This document shows, piece by piece, positions 36,145 to 49,917 of a DNA stretch of 64,000 bases. Both the position numbers and the translations under genes were made by a program. The stretch is from Octopus sinensis (Eukaryota), in contig NC_043017.1 in NCBI RefSeq assembly GCF_006345805.1, positions 23,560,001-23,624,000 on the forward strand, read 5' to 3'. The notes beneath the pieces are model-generated. The model was not told where the DNA came from and made no database searches. It was given only the letters and a program-made list of their open reading frames with translations. How positions within the stretch are numbered: the first letter of the stretch is position 1; every line of letters begins with the position of its first letter.

Positions 36145-36600
36145 TATTAGTTTTAAACTTTGGCACAAAGCCAGTAAGTTTGAGAATGGCGTGGGAGCAA
36201 GTTTGTTACATTGATCCCAGTCTGCAGCTGGTAATTATTTTATTGACCCCGTAAGGATGAAGGGTAAAGTCAACCTTGGTGGAATTTGAACTCAGAACGT
36301 AAAGACAGTTGAAATGTTGCTAAAAAATTTTGCTCAGTGTACTAACGATTTGCCAGCTTGCTGCCTTAAGAATTGGTCAACAAAGGTGGTGAGCTGGCAT
36401 AAGCATTAGCACGCCAGGCAAAATGCTTAATGATATTTCGTATGTGTTTATGTTCTGAGTTCAAACTCTGCCGAGGTCAACTTTGCATTTCATCCTCTCG
36501 GGGTCGATAAATTAAGTACCAGTTTGTGTACTAGGGTTGACCTAATCAACTAAACCCTCCCCAAAACTTTCGGGCCTTGTGCCTAGAGTAGAAAAGAATA
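36145..36600. mobile_element. Head-to-head pair of family D tRNA-derived SINEs (36145-36367 -, 36385-36600 +)
   Basis: GGTGAGCTGGC head, GAGTTCAAA(C/T)TC B box, CCTTTCATCC..GGGGTCGATAAATTAAGTACCAG body, AGAGTAGAAAAGAATA tail; other family D copies near 2510-2730, 7225-7400, 45228-45380, 47870-48110, 48385-48600, 50650-50830, 62700-62900, 63240-63410. Confidence 0.85.
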
Positions 36601-37336
36601 TGTTGGTCAACTCCACTCCTTGCTTCATTGATAACAAAAGTTAACCCTACCTGGCTGTTGTTTTTGTTTTCACTTTTGTTTTAATGACCTATTTTTCCAT
36701 GCATGCACGAGTCAGACAGAATTTGCTGAAATAGATTTTTCTGTAGCCAGATGCACATTCCGTTGTCACCCTGCACCCGTTTCCAAGCAAGGCAACGTTT
36801 CCTCTTGGCCAGACATGTTCTGTCATGAAGAATGAAAATGAACATCACATGAATGACAGTGATGCTCATTCACAGCTGTCACATGATGTCAAGACAAGGA
36901 GACACACACACACACTCATGCACATACGATGGGCTTCTTTCACTTTCCATCTACCAAAAACTCACAAGGCTTTGATCAGTACAGGGCTGTAGTGGAAGAC
37001 ACTTGTCCAAGATACTGTGCAAAAGGATTGAACCAGGAACTGACAAACCTCTTAACCACTCAGCCACATCTGACTAACTCAATGAATATCGTTTTTTTAT
37101 ACTCACTACATTATGTATGCAAAGGCACATAACTTACTCATGACCGTCAGGTTGTGGTTTCAATTCCCAGACTGGACAGTGTATTGTGTTTTTGAGTAAA
37201 ACACTTAATTTAATGTTGCTTTAGTCCACTCAATTGAAAATAAGCACTAGTAACAACTGGGAATTGACCCTTCAAGGGACTGGCATCCCTTTCAGGGTTG
37301 GGATTGGGGAGTAGTATTTTGCTTTTAGTCACTTAA

Positions 37337-37556
37337 CCCTTTAGCATTCAGATTATTCTGTTAAATGTAAAGCTTATTTATTAACGTGGTCTTAAATTAA
37401 TCATGTATTATCTTTTAGCTTTGAGATTTTGATGATGTGATTGTTTATTTTTAAAATGACACTGTAAGGTAGGTGTGAGAAACCAGATCTTGCCAATTTG
37501 AACATAGAACAGGTAGAATGAGTGGAGCTGATACAGCTGCTTTGAATACTAAAGGG
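37337..37556 (-). mobile_element. piggyBac-type MITE
   Basis: TTAA TSDs at 37333-37336 and 37557-37560; CCCTTTAG TIRs. Confidence 0.88.
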
Positions 37557-38558
37557 TTAAATGCCATAGAAACCAGTAAAAGCTGTGGCAGTTAGATCAC
37601 CTGAAGCAATATAGAACAGAATAATGCATTCTATAAAGAAATGGAAAGAATGGTCTGCAACAGGTATGCATAATGTCCATCTAAAACTAAGCAATCAAAA
37701 AAACATGTTTCATTTTTGCAGACTTGAAGTAGACCTGATGTAGAGAAGGCATATTATTGATGGAGTCATGAATAATGATGAAAGGACTTTGATGAACCCG
37801 ACTGATTGATTGAATGATTAATCAAACAGTTGATTAGTTAATTGGTTTAAATAGTTCAGTTAACAAATAAATAATAAAGAAGTGAATTAGAATCCCTGTT
37901 TGTGTTTATTATTTGCATAATAACTCTCCTGAAATGAAAAGAAGAATTTCAGGCAAAATCTGCTAATTAGTAACAAGGTTTGGCTGTTGACCAATGGAAA
38001 AGAGCCCAATATATAATGACCATTGTATTTGATTGTCATTAAATATTTATTGCTACTTCCCCTTTGGACATAACAAAGTTTCAGAGATAATACTTTAGTA
38101 TAATTGCAATCTGTTTTTAATCATGTTTTTGAAATGTGGACTAATTATAATTAATGTTATGAGCTTGTAGGCTTTTGGTGACAGACCTAAAAAGTAAAAC
38201 TAAAATTAAGGCATTAGATAAGTTAGCTCACACTTGGCTACATGTTTTTCATGCAGAAGACATCACCAGGAAATTTTTCAGTGGAACTATTTTAAATTTC
38301 TAAATCAACAAATATTTTTCCAATCTAAATCTGTATATTCTTTCAGTCATTCTAGAGTCTAGCAAGTTTAGTAAAGATATATATCACTGAGGAGTTCTGA
38401 TAAGACTGAATCATGCCAAGAATTGTCATCTTACTTACCAAACATCAAACTGCCTTTGCATGCCTTTTATTCAACTTTGAATTTATATTAGGGAGTTGCC
38501 TCCCTTACAATTCTTGTCACGGATTTTCATTAATACTAATGATATTTATTTTCATTAA

Positions 38559-39639
38559 CCCTTTCGTTACTATATTTCTGACCAAATTACACCCCTTATG
38601 TGTTTCAATTAATTTCTAACGTAATCATAAATTTAGTCTGGTTTCATTAAACAACTATAACTTTTTTATTTATCGATATATTAATCTGATTTTTGGAAGA
38701 TAATTTAATGAAATATTCTCAACCAATTCTATACTATAATTTTTGTCACAAAGTGACTCTATTTGCAGGTAGATACAGGTAATTCCACAAAATATAAAAT
38801 TATTAAAATTTTGTTCAAATATCGCTATAGAAAATATTAGCTAATATTCAATTGGGTATACAACAAAATTTTACGATAGAATTTGTTATTCTGGGTAACT
38901 TTCTGATACCCATAATAATATTTATGGCAAAATAGGCCTTAATTTCATTTAAGGTTGTGGGAAATAAAAACTATCCTTTCTTTCGTTTTGTTTACGTTTA
39001 GCGTAACGGTTCGTTTTCGCTGTAATGATTTCAAATAGGCTCATTCGAAAAAGTAAATAGAAATAGCCTAAGGCTTTACCCTTCTGGGAAAGTCTGTGGC
39101 TTGGTCCAGTTTTCTGCAGAAAAATCACCGAAAGAAACAGTTTTTAAATTTTCACTCCATTCAGGTGCCAATTCGTTTTCTTTATCGCTATCGGAGATCT
39201 CAGATTCACTGTTTTCACTTTCGGAAAATGAAACATCAAATTCATTATCAAATACCATGTGCTTTTTTTTTTCAGTCATAGAGTTAGATTTATGAAGGTC
39301 TTCAGTAGAAAATCCTTCGAGTTCTGACTCGCTGCTTGATATAATGAAATTCGTATCCATTTTTTGTCAGAATTACAAATTTTGAAAACACAATAGGAAC
39401 AAATTTCGGAAAAAAATCTCCCAAAATTCACGGAATTAAAATTACACTTCGATTATTGTACAAAACTGTAGTTGAACTGTTTACGAAGTATAATACGTGT
39501 TTTCACGAATGTACTGAAGAGATTTGCTCTGATATTCTCATTTAAATATGAATAGGTAAATTCGGGCGGCTTTGGGCGGTTTGGTTTCATAAACCAAAAT
39601 TTTTTTCGGGCGGCTTTGGGCGGTTTGGTAACGAAAGGG
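38559..39639 (-). mobile_element. Internally deleted piggyBac-like element retaining the acidic transposase N-terminus
   Basis: 12-bp TIR CCCTTTCGTTAC, TTAA on the left; ORF 39076-39360 with SSSESELEGFSTED; duplicated subterminal TTCGGGCGGCTTTGGGCGGTTTGGT. Confidence 0.8.
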
Positions 39640-40120
39640 TTGGGTTTAATTCAAATTGATTAAGCATTTTTTTTTTGTCGCCATATATTAAGTATATTGT
39701 GAAGAGGCATGACCTAGTGCTTAGGGTTTTTCCACTTTATGAGACTGTAATGAGTAGGGGTTGATGATGATGATGATGATGAAGAAGATGATGATACATC
39801 AAGGTTCATAGTCCTCCCTACTTAACTTTGCATGGAGTAGAGATCAATGAATTTTTGAGGTGCAAGACATTAAATTTTTTTTTGTTTTTTTTTTTTGGTA
39901 AGATTGAAGAAAAGGGATGGTGTGATGTTCATGTCATTTGCTTCCTGAAAGAAAACTGGGTAGGTTAATATAGCTTTGTGGTATATGAAAATGTCTCCTG
40001 AAAGCAAAACAGTTACATCATGGAAAGAAAAATGATGATAGACATTTCAAGCTTGACTGTACCATTGCATTAATGTTTCGTTGTATTTCATCATGCTTTT
40101 CTGACCAGCTCATAGATATA

Positions 40121-40660
40121 CAGGGCGTTTAGGCTAAATTTGACAATTTGCATAAAAAAAAGAAGAAAAAAAAACACAACATACCATCTAAAAATAAACA
40201 CTATTTTAAAATATTGAAAAATATCTATCAGATTATGGCTGTGAGATAACATTTTACTCCAAATAGATACCCTTATCTTCCACCACAGCTTCAAAATGGC
40301 TCCAGAACCTGGTGCATGCATTCTTCACTGTGACCCTTAAAAGATCTTCAAATACCTCACTGATCTTGAAGTTGCAGGCAGAGCGGTTAGTGTCTTTCTC
40401 GACTGTGCCTCACACATAGCAATCCATGGGATTACAACCGGAAGAATTAAGAGGTCAGAAATTCTCCTACAAACCACTATTAATCCTTTCTAGATGTATG
40501 GCAAGGAGCTAGATCCTACTATAATACATAGAGCCTTCCAGCAGCAACCCTCTCCAGCCAGGGTTTGACCACAGACTCCAGTAGCTTCACATAGCCATCT
40601 GAATTGAACCTAAGGCCCTGTTCATTGATGCAGAGCTAAGTGGAACAAAATGCTCCTGAT
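40121..40660 (-). mobile_element. Tc1/mariner-superfamily remnant, maT/DD37D-like transposase C-terminus
   Basis: GLRFNSDGYVKLLESVVKPWLERVAAGR...DLAPCHTS and GCNPMDCYV*GTVEKDTN motifs; TA-CAGGG terminus at 40119-40125. Confidence 0.75.
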
Positions 40661-41439
40661 GCAACTGAAGGAGCGACATATTATATACTTTGTCCTTGTT
40701 GCAGCTATCAATATCATGTATTTGTGTCATTTCCAAAACGAGATTGAATCCGCTTATCTGAAATATTTAGAGTTAGTGTATAAACAATACACTGGCTTTA
40801 TAAATACATACACACATACACATATCCATATATATATGTATGTGTGTGTGTGTGTGTGTATGTATGTGTGTGTAATATACATATATTCATTTTTTGAGTT
40901 CTGCTTTTCTGTTTGCACCAACATACGTATATATACACACATATATACAATCCTCTCTTCTTTCAAATTTTCCTCTATATCTTACACTAGTGTTCAACCA
41001 AAGCTCTCTACTAAAGCCCTACCTTGTTCTCCCTCCAGTGATGGAATAAATCGCAACTGTAATGTTGAATGCAGATTGGTTTCAAAGAAATGCATCATCT
41101 ATGCATCTATTTACGAAACAGCTGTAAAAAAACTATCTGCACACCTTACTTATTTCCTTCTTATGATCTGTATGACATAACCACTCAACTCTCCTGTTTC
41201 AATATATAAATGCCAAAGTCTATCCTGATACCAGTTGTTTTCCTGTTTATTATTTTATTCCATTAATCACATATCTGTGCAATTGAAAAAAAAATGCTTA
41301 CAACCAATCTTCATTACCTCTTTGCTTTCAGTTGCAGTTGAAGCTGGAGTCTTAAGCAGCAAGTTATCCTGAGCCCTAATTGTAAGTACCTGTTATATTA
41401 CATCATCAGACGTAATATTACCTAAACTCTCTCTCTCTC

Positions 41440-41539
41440 TAGGCTCGAAACGTAAAAGACTTTTTCTATTCCTGAGCGTTATACTAATACATCCGTTTGT
41501 TTTGTATACTACCTGTCTTTGTGTTTTTTTGTAAACTTT

Positions 41540-41543
<4 letters not shown>
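41440..41543 (+). mobile_element. PLE-terminal-like tail fragment ending in (TA)n
   Basis: GGCTC-GAAACGTA-AAAG (hammerhead 3' half only) and TTCCTGAGCG motif shared with 21631 and 54311-54400(-). Confidence 0.5.
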
Positions 41544-41575
<32 letters not shown>

Positions 41576-41946
41576 CTCGACTCCATTGGTCATGGATGAC
41601 CATGGGTGCACCTAAGAAGTTCCCCTCTGGAGTACAAGTCTGGGCAGAAAGCTGCCTCACTGGTGAACGTACAATCTAAGGTTGTTTTTATGGAAGACCA
41701 GAAGTCACCCATGCATACCAGTCTCCCTTCTCCATGCCACCAATGTTATCCAAGGGAAAAGCAAAGGCTGATACAGCTTGGCACCAGAGATGTTGAAACT
41801 CATTACTACAGCTGAGTGAACTGGAGCAACATGAAATAAAGTGTCTTGCTCAAGAACTCAACACACAGCCCAGTCTGGGAATCGAACTCACAACGTCAAG
41901 ATTGTAAGCTTGACGCTCTAACCACTGAGCCATGCACCTTCACTCA

Positions 41947-41947
<1 letters not shown>

Positions 41948-41985
<38 letters not shown>

Positions 41986-42078
41986 ATATATATATAGAAA
42001 TATATATAGAAATATATATATATATAATATATATATATATATAATATAATATATATATATAGAAATATATATATAGAA

Positions 42079-42109
<31 letters not shown>

Positions 42110-42145
42110 TATATATATATTATATATAGAAATATATATATAGAA

Positions 42146-42176
<31 letters not shown>

Positions 42177-42221
42177 TATATATATATATATTATATATAT
42201 ATATATAGAAATATATATATC

Positions 42222-42253
<32 letters not shown>

Positions 42254-42255
42254 AG

Positions 42256-42304
<49 letters not shown>

Positions 42305-42364
42305 TAATATATATATATATATATATAGAAATATATATAATATATATATATATATAGAAATATA

Positions 42365-42415
<51 letters not shown>

Positions 42416-42432
42416 TACATATATATATAGAA
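41948..42432. repeat. (TA)n microsatellite with periodic TAGAAA interruptions
   Basis: Direct reading. Confidence 0.95.
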
Positions 42433-42775
42433 ATATGTATAGAATGGGCTTCCACACAGTTTCCATCAACCAAACGTACTCACAAGGCATTGGTTGGTCC
42501 AAGGCTATAGTTGTTCAAAGCGCTCCATGCCTCACCCTACACCACCACCACTATTCCGTCTGTTGTATTTCAATAACTAATAGCATAATTCTATCAAAAT
42601 GTAATTCTTTAGCTCATTAGCATTCGGATTACTCTCTCAAATGTAATGTTTATTTATTCCTATGGTTTTGAATTATGTGTTATCTTGTAGCTTCGAGATT
42701 TCAATAATGCGACTCTGTTTTTAGAATGACATTGTGCGATAGGTACGAGAGCCAGGATCTGGCCAGTTTGTGCAT

Positions 42776-43143
42776 CTATCTAGCTATCCTCTCAGTCGAA
42801 GTCGACTCTCGATTACTCTTTGGATCAGTGTCCTCCAGTCAGTTCTATCCTGGGCCGCTTCTTTCAGACTGGCTATGTCCATTCCGGTATCACTCTTGAT
42901 GGTGTCAAGCCAGCGGGTTCTTGGTCGGCCTCTTCCTCTCTTGCCACTCTCCAAAGCCCAACCGTTCTCCTCACCATGGTGCTGGGGGGTGGCAACGGCA
43001 TATGGTAAGTATGCTGGCTAAACGGCTCTGGCCTGGGGAAAGCCCTGGCCACCTACCCCAGTATTCTGGCCAATATACTCTATGGATCAAAAGTGTAAGA
43101 ATTCTAATATGATTGTACCAAACAGTGGGACCCCTGGGCTGCA
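42776..43143 (-). mobile_element. RTE/BovB-like LINE insertion with 5' inversion, in a piggyBac-type MITE (~42606-43205)
   Basis: 42784-42951(-) encodes ESGKRGRGRPRTRWLDTIKSDTGMDIASLKEAAQDRTDWRTLIQRVIESRLRLRG*; (GATA)-like tail; 11-bp TSD AGTTTGTGCAT at 42765-42775 and 43144-43154. Confidence 0.88.
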
Positions 43144-43484
43144 AGTTTGTGCATAAAACAGATAAAATATTTGGGCCAGATTCAGCCGTTTTAAATACTA
43201 AAGGGTTCATTCTTTCAGGAATCTTTTTTTTTTTATTTTCTCTTTTGGTTTTGTTCTTTGTAAGGAATGAGCTGTATAATGATTGAACTGATTCCCCCAG
43301 TATATTACTGGTTCTGATTTGATTATTGCATACAAAGGAACAAAAGACAAAGGCGACTGAGGAATAATTTGAACAAGGAGTACAAGGAAGCATCAAAATT
43401 ATACGAATTATATGAATGAATATCCAGTTTGGCATGGCACCAGCTTGGCCATTGCCACCAGTCAAATACATACATTAACCCATG

Positions 43485-43569
43485 TACACACACACACACA
43501 TACATATACATGTGTGTATATATATTGTATATGTCTATGTACATATGTATGTAGATATATGTAAATATA

Positions 43570-43602
<33 letters not shown>

Positions 43603-43809
43603 GTATATGTATGTATATGTATATATATATATATGTATATGTATGTATATGTATATATGTATATATATGTATATGTATATATATGTATATGTATATATTG
43701 TATATGTATATATATGTATATGTATATTATATATATATGTATATATATATATGATATATATGTATATATATATATATGTATATATATGTATATGTATAAT
43801 ATGTATATG

Positions 43810-43840
<31 letters not shown>

Positions 43841-43885
43841 TATGTATATATATATATATGTATATATATGTATATGTATTATATG

Positions 43886-43935
<50 letters not shown>

Positions 43936-44130
43936 TATGTATTATATGTATATATATGTATATATATATATATATATATGTTATATATATGTATATATAT
44001 ATATGTATATTATGTATATATATATATATGTATTATATGTATATGTATGTATATATATATATATGTATAATATATATGTGTATATATATATATGTGTATA
44101 TATATATGTATATATGTGTATATGTATGAT
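43485..44130. repeat. (TA)/(TATG)n compound microsatellite
   Basis: Direct reading. Confidence 0.95.
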
Positions 44131-47039
44131 GCATGCATAATTGTTTTGTTAAACAACCAGTACACAGTTGGTGCATGGCCAAATGTAGCTTCCCTTAATT
44201 TCCTGTGAAACTCTCTCTTTTTCTTCTCCTTCTTCTCTCTGCAGTACCCAATTCTATAATCCTATCATTCTTACAAGCTTTTATTGCCAACACACATACA
44301 CATACACGCACACATACACACACACACGCACACACACACTGCATACATGTTATACTGAAGCCTGTGTATTTCTTAATAATTTACTGAATCAAAGTATGGC
44401 AGGAGACAGAATCAATAAAGTGTCAGACAAAATGACTTAATATACCTGGTTAAACCTGCTTACAGAGAGAAACAAAAAGAAAACAAAAATGTATCCCACA
44501 AAAGTCAACAGCACCTTTCAGCTTTCCAGGTAGTACCAGTCATGCATTGGGGTTAGTTTAATCATGTACAATATTGCACATTTATTCAGTGATTCTTTCA
44601 TCATTACATTGGCAAGTATAATAAAGTCAAGGCTTCACTGAAAAGATTTAATAAAGCTGAAACATGCATGGAGTTGTCTCCCATTCTTGTTGCAAACAAT
44701 AACGTAGCAAATCAGAATCTATGTTGCTTCACCCCACCCCTGTGGCATTAGTATTTTTCCATTAGTTATTTAATGCTCATAACATTGAGTATATTGAAGA
44801 CGCATGGCCTAATGGTTAGGTGGTTAAATTGATGATCACAAGATCATGGTTTCGATCTCCAGGCTGGGCGATGTATTCTGTTGTTGATCAAAACTCTTCA
44901 TTTTACGTTTCCTTAGTCCTCTCAGCTGTAAATTAATTCCAGCAAAGACTGGGAAGTCTACTCGACGTCCCGTTTTGGGGTGAATGTTGTAATCTCACTC
45001 ACTTAGACATCCTGGAAATAATGTTTAGCTCTCGCTTTAATTAGTCCTGGGGCTCACGACAGACCTTAGCCTTAGCCACACTAAATGCGTTGAGAATACA
45101 TGTGGATGAGAGGTTAGGAAAGTAGATTTTTGATTATAAGGACCTGTTAGATATAGTAGCCAAATTAAACCCTTCAGTTTTCAAGGAAAGAAACGACACT
45201 TTCGTCAATGTATAGTCTCACGTAACCTTTCCGCCGAGGTCGACTTTGCCTTTCATCCTTTCGGGGTCGATAAATTAAGTACCAGTTACGCATTGGAGTC
45301 GATATAATCGACTTAATCCGTTTGTCTGTCCTTGTTTATCCTCTCTGTGTTTAGCCCCTTGTGGGTAATAAAGAAATAGGTATGGTCATGGTTTTGACCT
45401 GGTGTTAAACCATCTTAAGATTGACCTAGGGTTAAACAGTGACGACACAACCATCACCGCCGTCGCCAGCGATCAACAAACACCACAACGATTGTCTGGA
45501 GATTACGTGTTCAAGTTTTGAAAGAATCTCGGTATAGTTGTCTCTACGAAGCCTTGATCCAGAACACACACACGAATACACACATACACATGCACGTTTA
45601 CACACGCATACATACACACACACACATACGTGCACAAAGATATGCATACATATATACACACGCAACGCACAACAAACGTTAACTATTTATTAGTAATTGC
45701 AGCCAGTCCTACAATCATGCTTTACCATCTAAAATAAAATGCACGTTTACATAAAGTGATTCTAGAAGCACTGTGAAAAAAATAGACAGGGAAGTCGCGG
45801 CTGGATTGCTTTTTGACTGTATATCTGAGCTGAACTCATACGCGTAAATATTCTCAAGCAAGTCACCGAGGTCGTTCACCTTGCTGGCAATAATTACTAA
45901 TTTCCCTCAAAAATCACGCCCTACCATCTTAAATAAAAGTGACACGTTGGACAATGTGATCCGAGATACTTTCTGTCTAAAAAAAAATAATAATATCGGA
46001 TGTCACGGCTGGAATGCCTTTTGATAATAGGTCTGATTAGATACATCCACGTGTATATTTGTGTCTTGCAGTAACTCTATATTTTATATATTCTGTATTT
46101 ATTTGAAAAGGTGTGAAAACTAAACTTCTCTAAAAATTTTTCGTTCTCTCTTAACCTTACTTCCTCTCTCACTCTTTTTTCTGTCAGTCTGTCTCTATCG
46201 CTCTCCCTCTTTGTCGCTTTCTTCTCTCTCTCTCTTTCTTTGCCCGTCTGTCTATCCGTCTCTTTATCTGTCTGTCTGTCTCTGCTCTTCTCTCTCTCTC
46301 TCTCTCTTTCTCTACTCCGCCTGTCTCTCCTTGTTTTTCTATCTATCTGTCTGTCTGATTGTCTTTCTCTGTCTGTCTCTGCTCTTCTCTTTCTCTCTCT
46401 CTCTTTCTCTACTCCGCCTGTCTCTCCTTGTTTTTCTATCTGTCTGTCTATTGTCTTTCCCTGTCTGCCTCCCTCTCTTTCTCTCTTATCTTCTTTCTCT
46501 CTCTGTCTTCCTAATTCACATACACACAAAAGACACACACACACGTACATTCTTCTCTTTCACACAGATCCTAAAAACAACAAAAAACAAACACTCCCCC
46601 GCGCTGTCTCTCTCTCTCTCTTTCCCGTTATATCGTGTGCTTGTGTGAAAAACACCTCCCTCACTTTTCCCTCCCAGACTCCACCTCACTTGAGTGCTGC
46701 TACCTGTTCGCCACCACCCCTGGCCGTTTGCTTGTACCACCTTCAACGTGGATGTCGCTCGACATGCTAGAAATAGCTGTCAAGTCTTCCTGGAATCGCA
46801 TCGAAATGTCTTAAAAACACAATACAACACACACACACACACACACACACATAAAGAGAAGTGCGTATAACATGTTTGAATAAAAGACGGGATGGTCACT
46901 ACTGGAAACTTGTTGATTATAGGCTGCTTGATCAGTGTTTATCCGGTTCGGACACAGGTGTAATATCTTTGATCATGTCTGTTGGATCAGGGTGGTATGG
47001 GGTTAAGCAACAAGAACTTGTCACCTCTCCATCATATCA

Positions 47040-47580
<541 letters not shown>

Positions 47581-47684
47581 CCTACCTTTTTTTTATGTCC
47601 CACTCATCCCACCTAAAAAAAACTCTACATTGTATTTCGTCCATTTTTATCTGTGTTTAGCCCTGTGTGGCCACAATAAAAAAG

Positions 47685-47719
<35 letters not shown>

Positions 47720-48598
47720 CCTACCTACCTATCCATCCATTTATTTATTTATTTATTCCGATGTGTGATGGTGATAATGGTATTAGGGGTGAAAGTTTTA
47801 AGCTGTTGCCGGTGGTGATGACGATGATGGTGGTGGCGGTGGTAGTGTAGGGTGGATGAAATAAATAAAGTACCATATGTATACTGAGCTCAATATCAAT
47901 GTAATCCACCAGCTCCTCCCTCCCTTCAAAATTTCAGGCTTTGTGCCTATAGTAGAAAGGATTTCCGCCGAGGTCGACTTTGCCTTTCATCCTTTCGGGG
48001 TCGATAAAATAAGTACCAGTTGAGCACTGGAGTCGATGTAATCGACTAGTCCCCTCTCCTCAAAATTTCGGACTTTCTGCCTATTGTAGAAAAGATTATT
48101 ATTATTTTCGCCTGTAATTGAAAAAGGTATTATAAAAGGAGAAAGGGGCTCTCTACCCCCCCCCTTTTGACCAGGGTCCCGTTGGCTTTTATGGGTTTTT
48201 CCACCAGGAACCTTTCGTAACGCCTCCCCCTATTGGGAGTTTTTCGTTGTTTTTACACGAATTTTTCACAAACGGACAAAACCCTTTGTAACCTTTCGTC
48301 CTGTTTTGTCCCTTTATGTTTTCTAATCATGTGTGTCAGCCCTTGTGGCCAATAAAAAGAATTTATTATTATTATCATCATCAGCAAAGGCGTGGGGCTG
48401 GCAGAATCGTTAAGCACGCCGGACAAGATGCTTAGCAGTGTATCATCCGTCTTTACACGCTCTCAGTTCATATTCCCGCCGTTCATTCTATCGGGTTCCA
48501 TGAAATTAGTACCAGTCACACACTATGATCGATGCAATTGACTAAACCCTTCCTCTCCACAAAAAAACCCCTCAAGTCTTGTGCTTACAGTAGACAGG

Positions 48599-48638
<40 letters not shown>

Positions 48639-49277
48639 TATTATTACTAGTAGTAGTAGTAGTAGTATTGTTATTATTATTATAGTTCTGATCGGGATAT
48701 GTGGTAGCTAATAACATATTGATCAATAATTATAGACAGTTATTGGCGAAGAAGGGTAGCATTTTACTGTTTACCATTTATTTACGGAATAAACTAAATC
48801 ATTTCCTTTTTGGTTCCTCCACCGAGTCTCCTAGTTCGTCACCACCACCACCACTACCACCACCACTTTAACCATTACATAACCAATTACTGCTTCTACT
48901 ATTACTGCTACTACTAGTCAACGAGGGATTTTTCGACTTTGCTAGAAATAGCAGCCAAGTTTCTCATGAATAACACACACCTTTCTGTGTTGCATGAAAA
49001 GGGAAAGCATACAGAGGGGCAACCTATGATAAGATGGTCGTGGTTGGATTGCCTTTGAACAGTGCTGACCCGCGACTAAGCATCAGCAGCCACTACTAAC
49101 ACTGCTACCACCACCGCTACCGCCACCACCACCATCACTAACCACTGTCACCACTACTACTACTATCACTATTCACAAGTTCTTGTAGTGTTTATTATTA
49201 TACGATGTATGTATGTATGAAGTAACAACTGTAAACACGTCGCTTGCTCTGACGGCTTTTTCCCTTCTTACCTGACC

Positions 49278-49356
49278 ATGGAGCAAGGCGATGATAACAC
49301 CACAGAAGTGTTTGATGTATTACCCGCTATACCTGATACATATCTCGATGAACATG
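49278..49356 (+). CDS. Candidate first coding exon of an unknown gene (MEQGDDNTTEVFDVLPAIPDTYLDEH, phase 1)
   Basis: ACCATGG start context, 26 open codons in non-repetitive sequence, G|GTAAGA donor; no homology recognised. Confidence 0.3.
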
Positions 49357-49687
49357 GTAAGAATTGCTCTGTTATTGCTTTTTTTCTTTTGGTATTTATC
49401 AATGTGTCTGGAGTGTGTATCGGAAACCAATAATATTAATAGTAATTGTAGCTGTTTATTGTCGTTGTTTCTTTTATATAAGGATTGGTGTAAGTGGTTT
49501 TCTGGTTTCTTCGGTTTTTGTTTTGTCGTCTTTATACTATACTAATTTTGGCTTTATTTGAAATGCGAGGTGGGGGTCATTGCTAATTGAAACCCCTTAC
49601 TTAAAGGTCTTGTGTAGCTTGTGTCTTGTGCAAAGTACTAGCAGGGTGTTGGCTGTAGACATTTGGGGCTGGAATACGACGAACAAG

Positions 49688-49743
<56 letters not shown>

Positions 49744-49802
49744 CACGCACACACATATATACATAGACACACATGCACTCATACAATACTCAGGCACATA
49801 CA

Positions 49803-49833
<31 letters not shown>

Positions 49834-49859
49834 CATACATAGACACACAGGCACATACA

Positions 49860-49917
<58 letters not shown>

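Noticed and set aside
41385-41415. Minus-strand CUGAUGA-UGU...ACA
   Set aside because: Followed by GGUAC rather than GAAA
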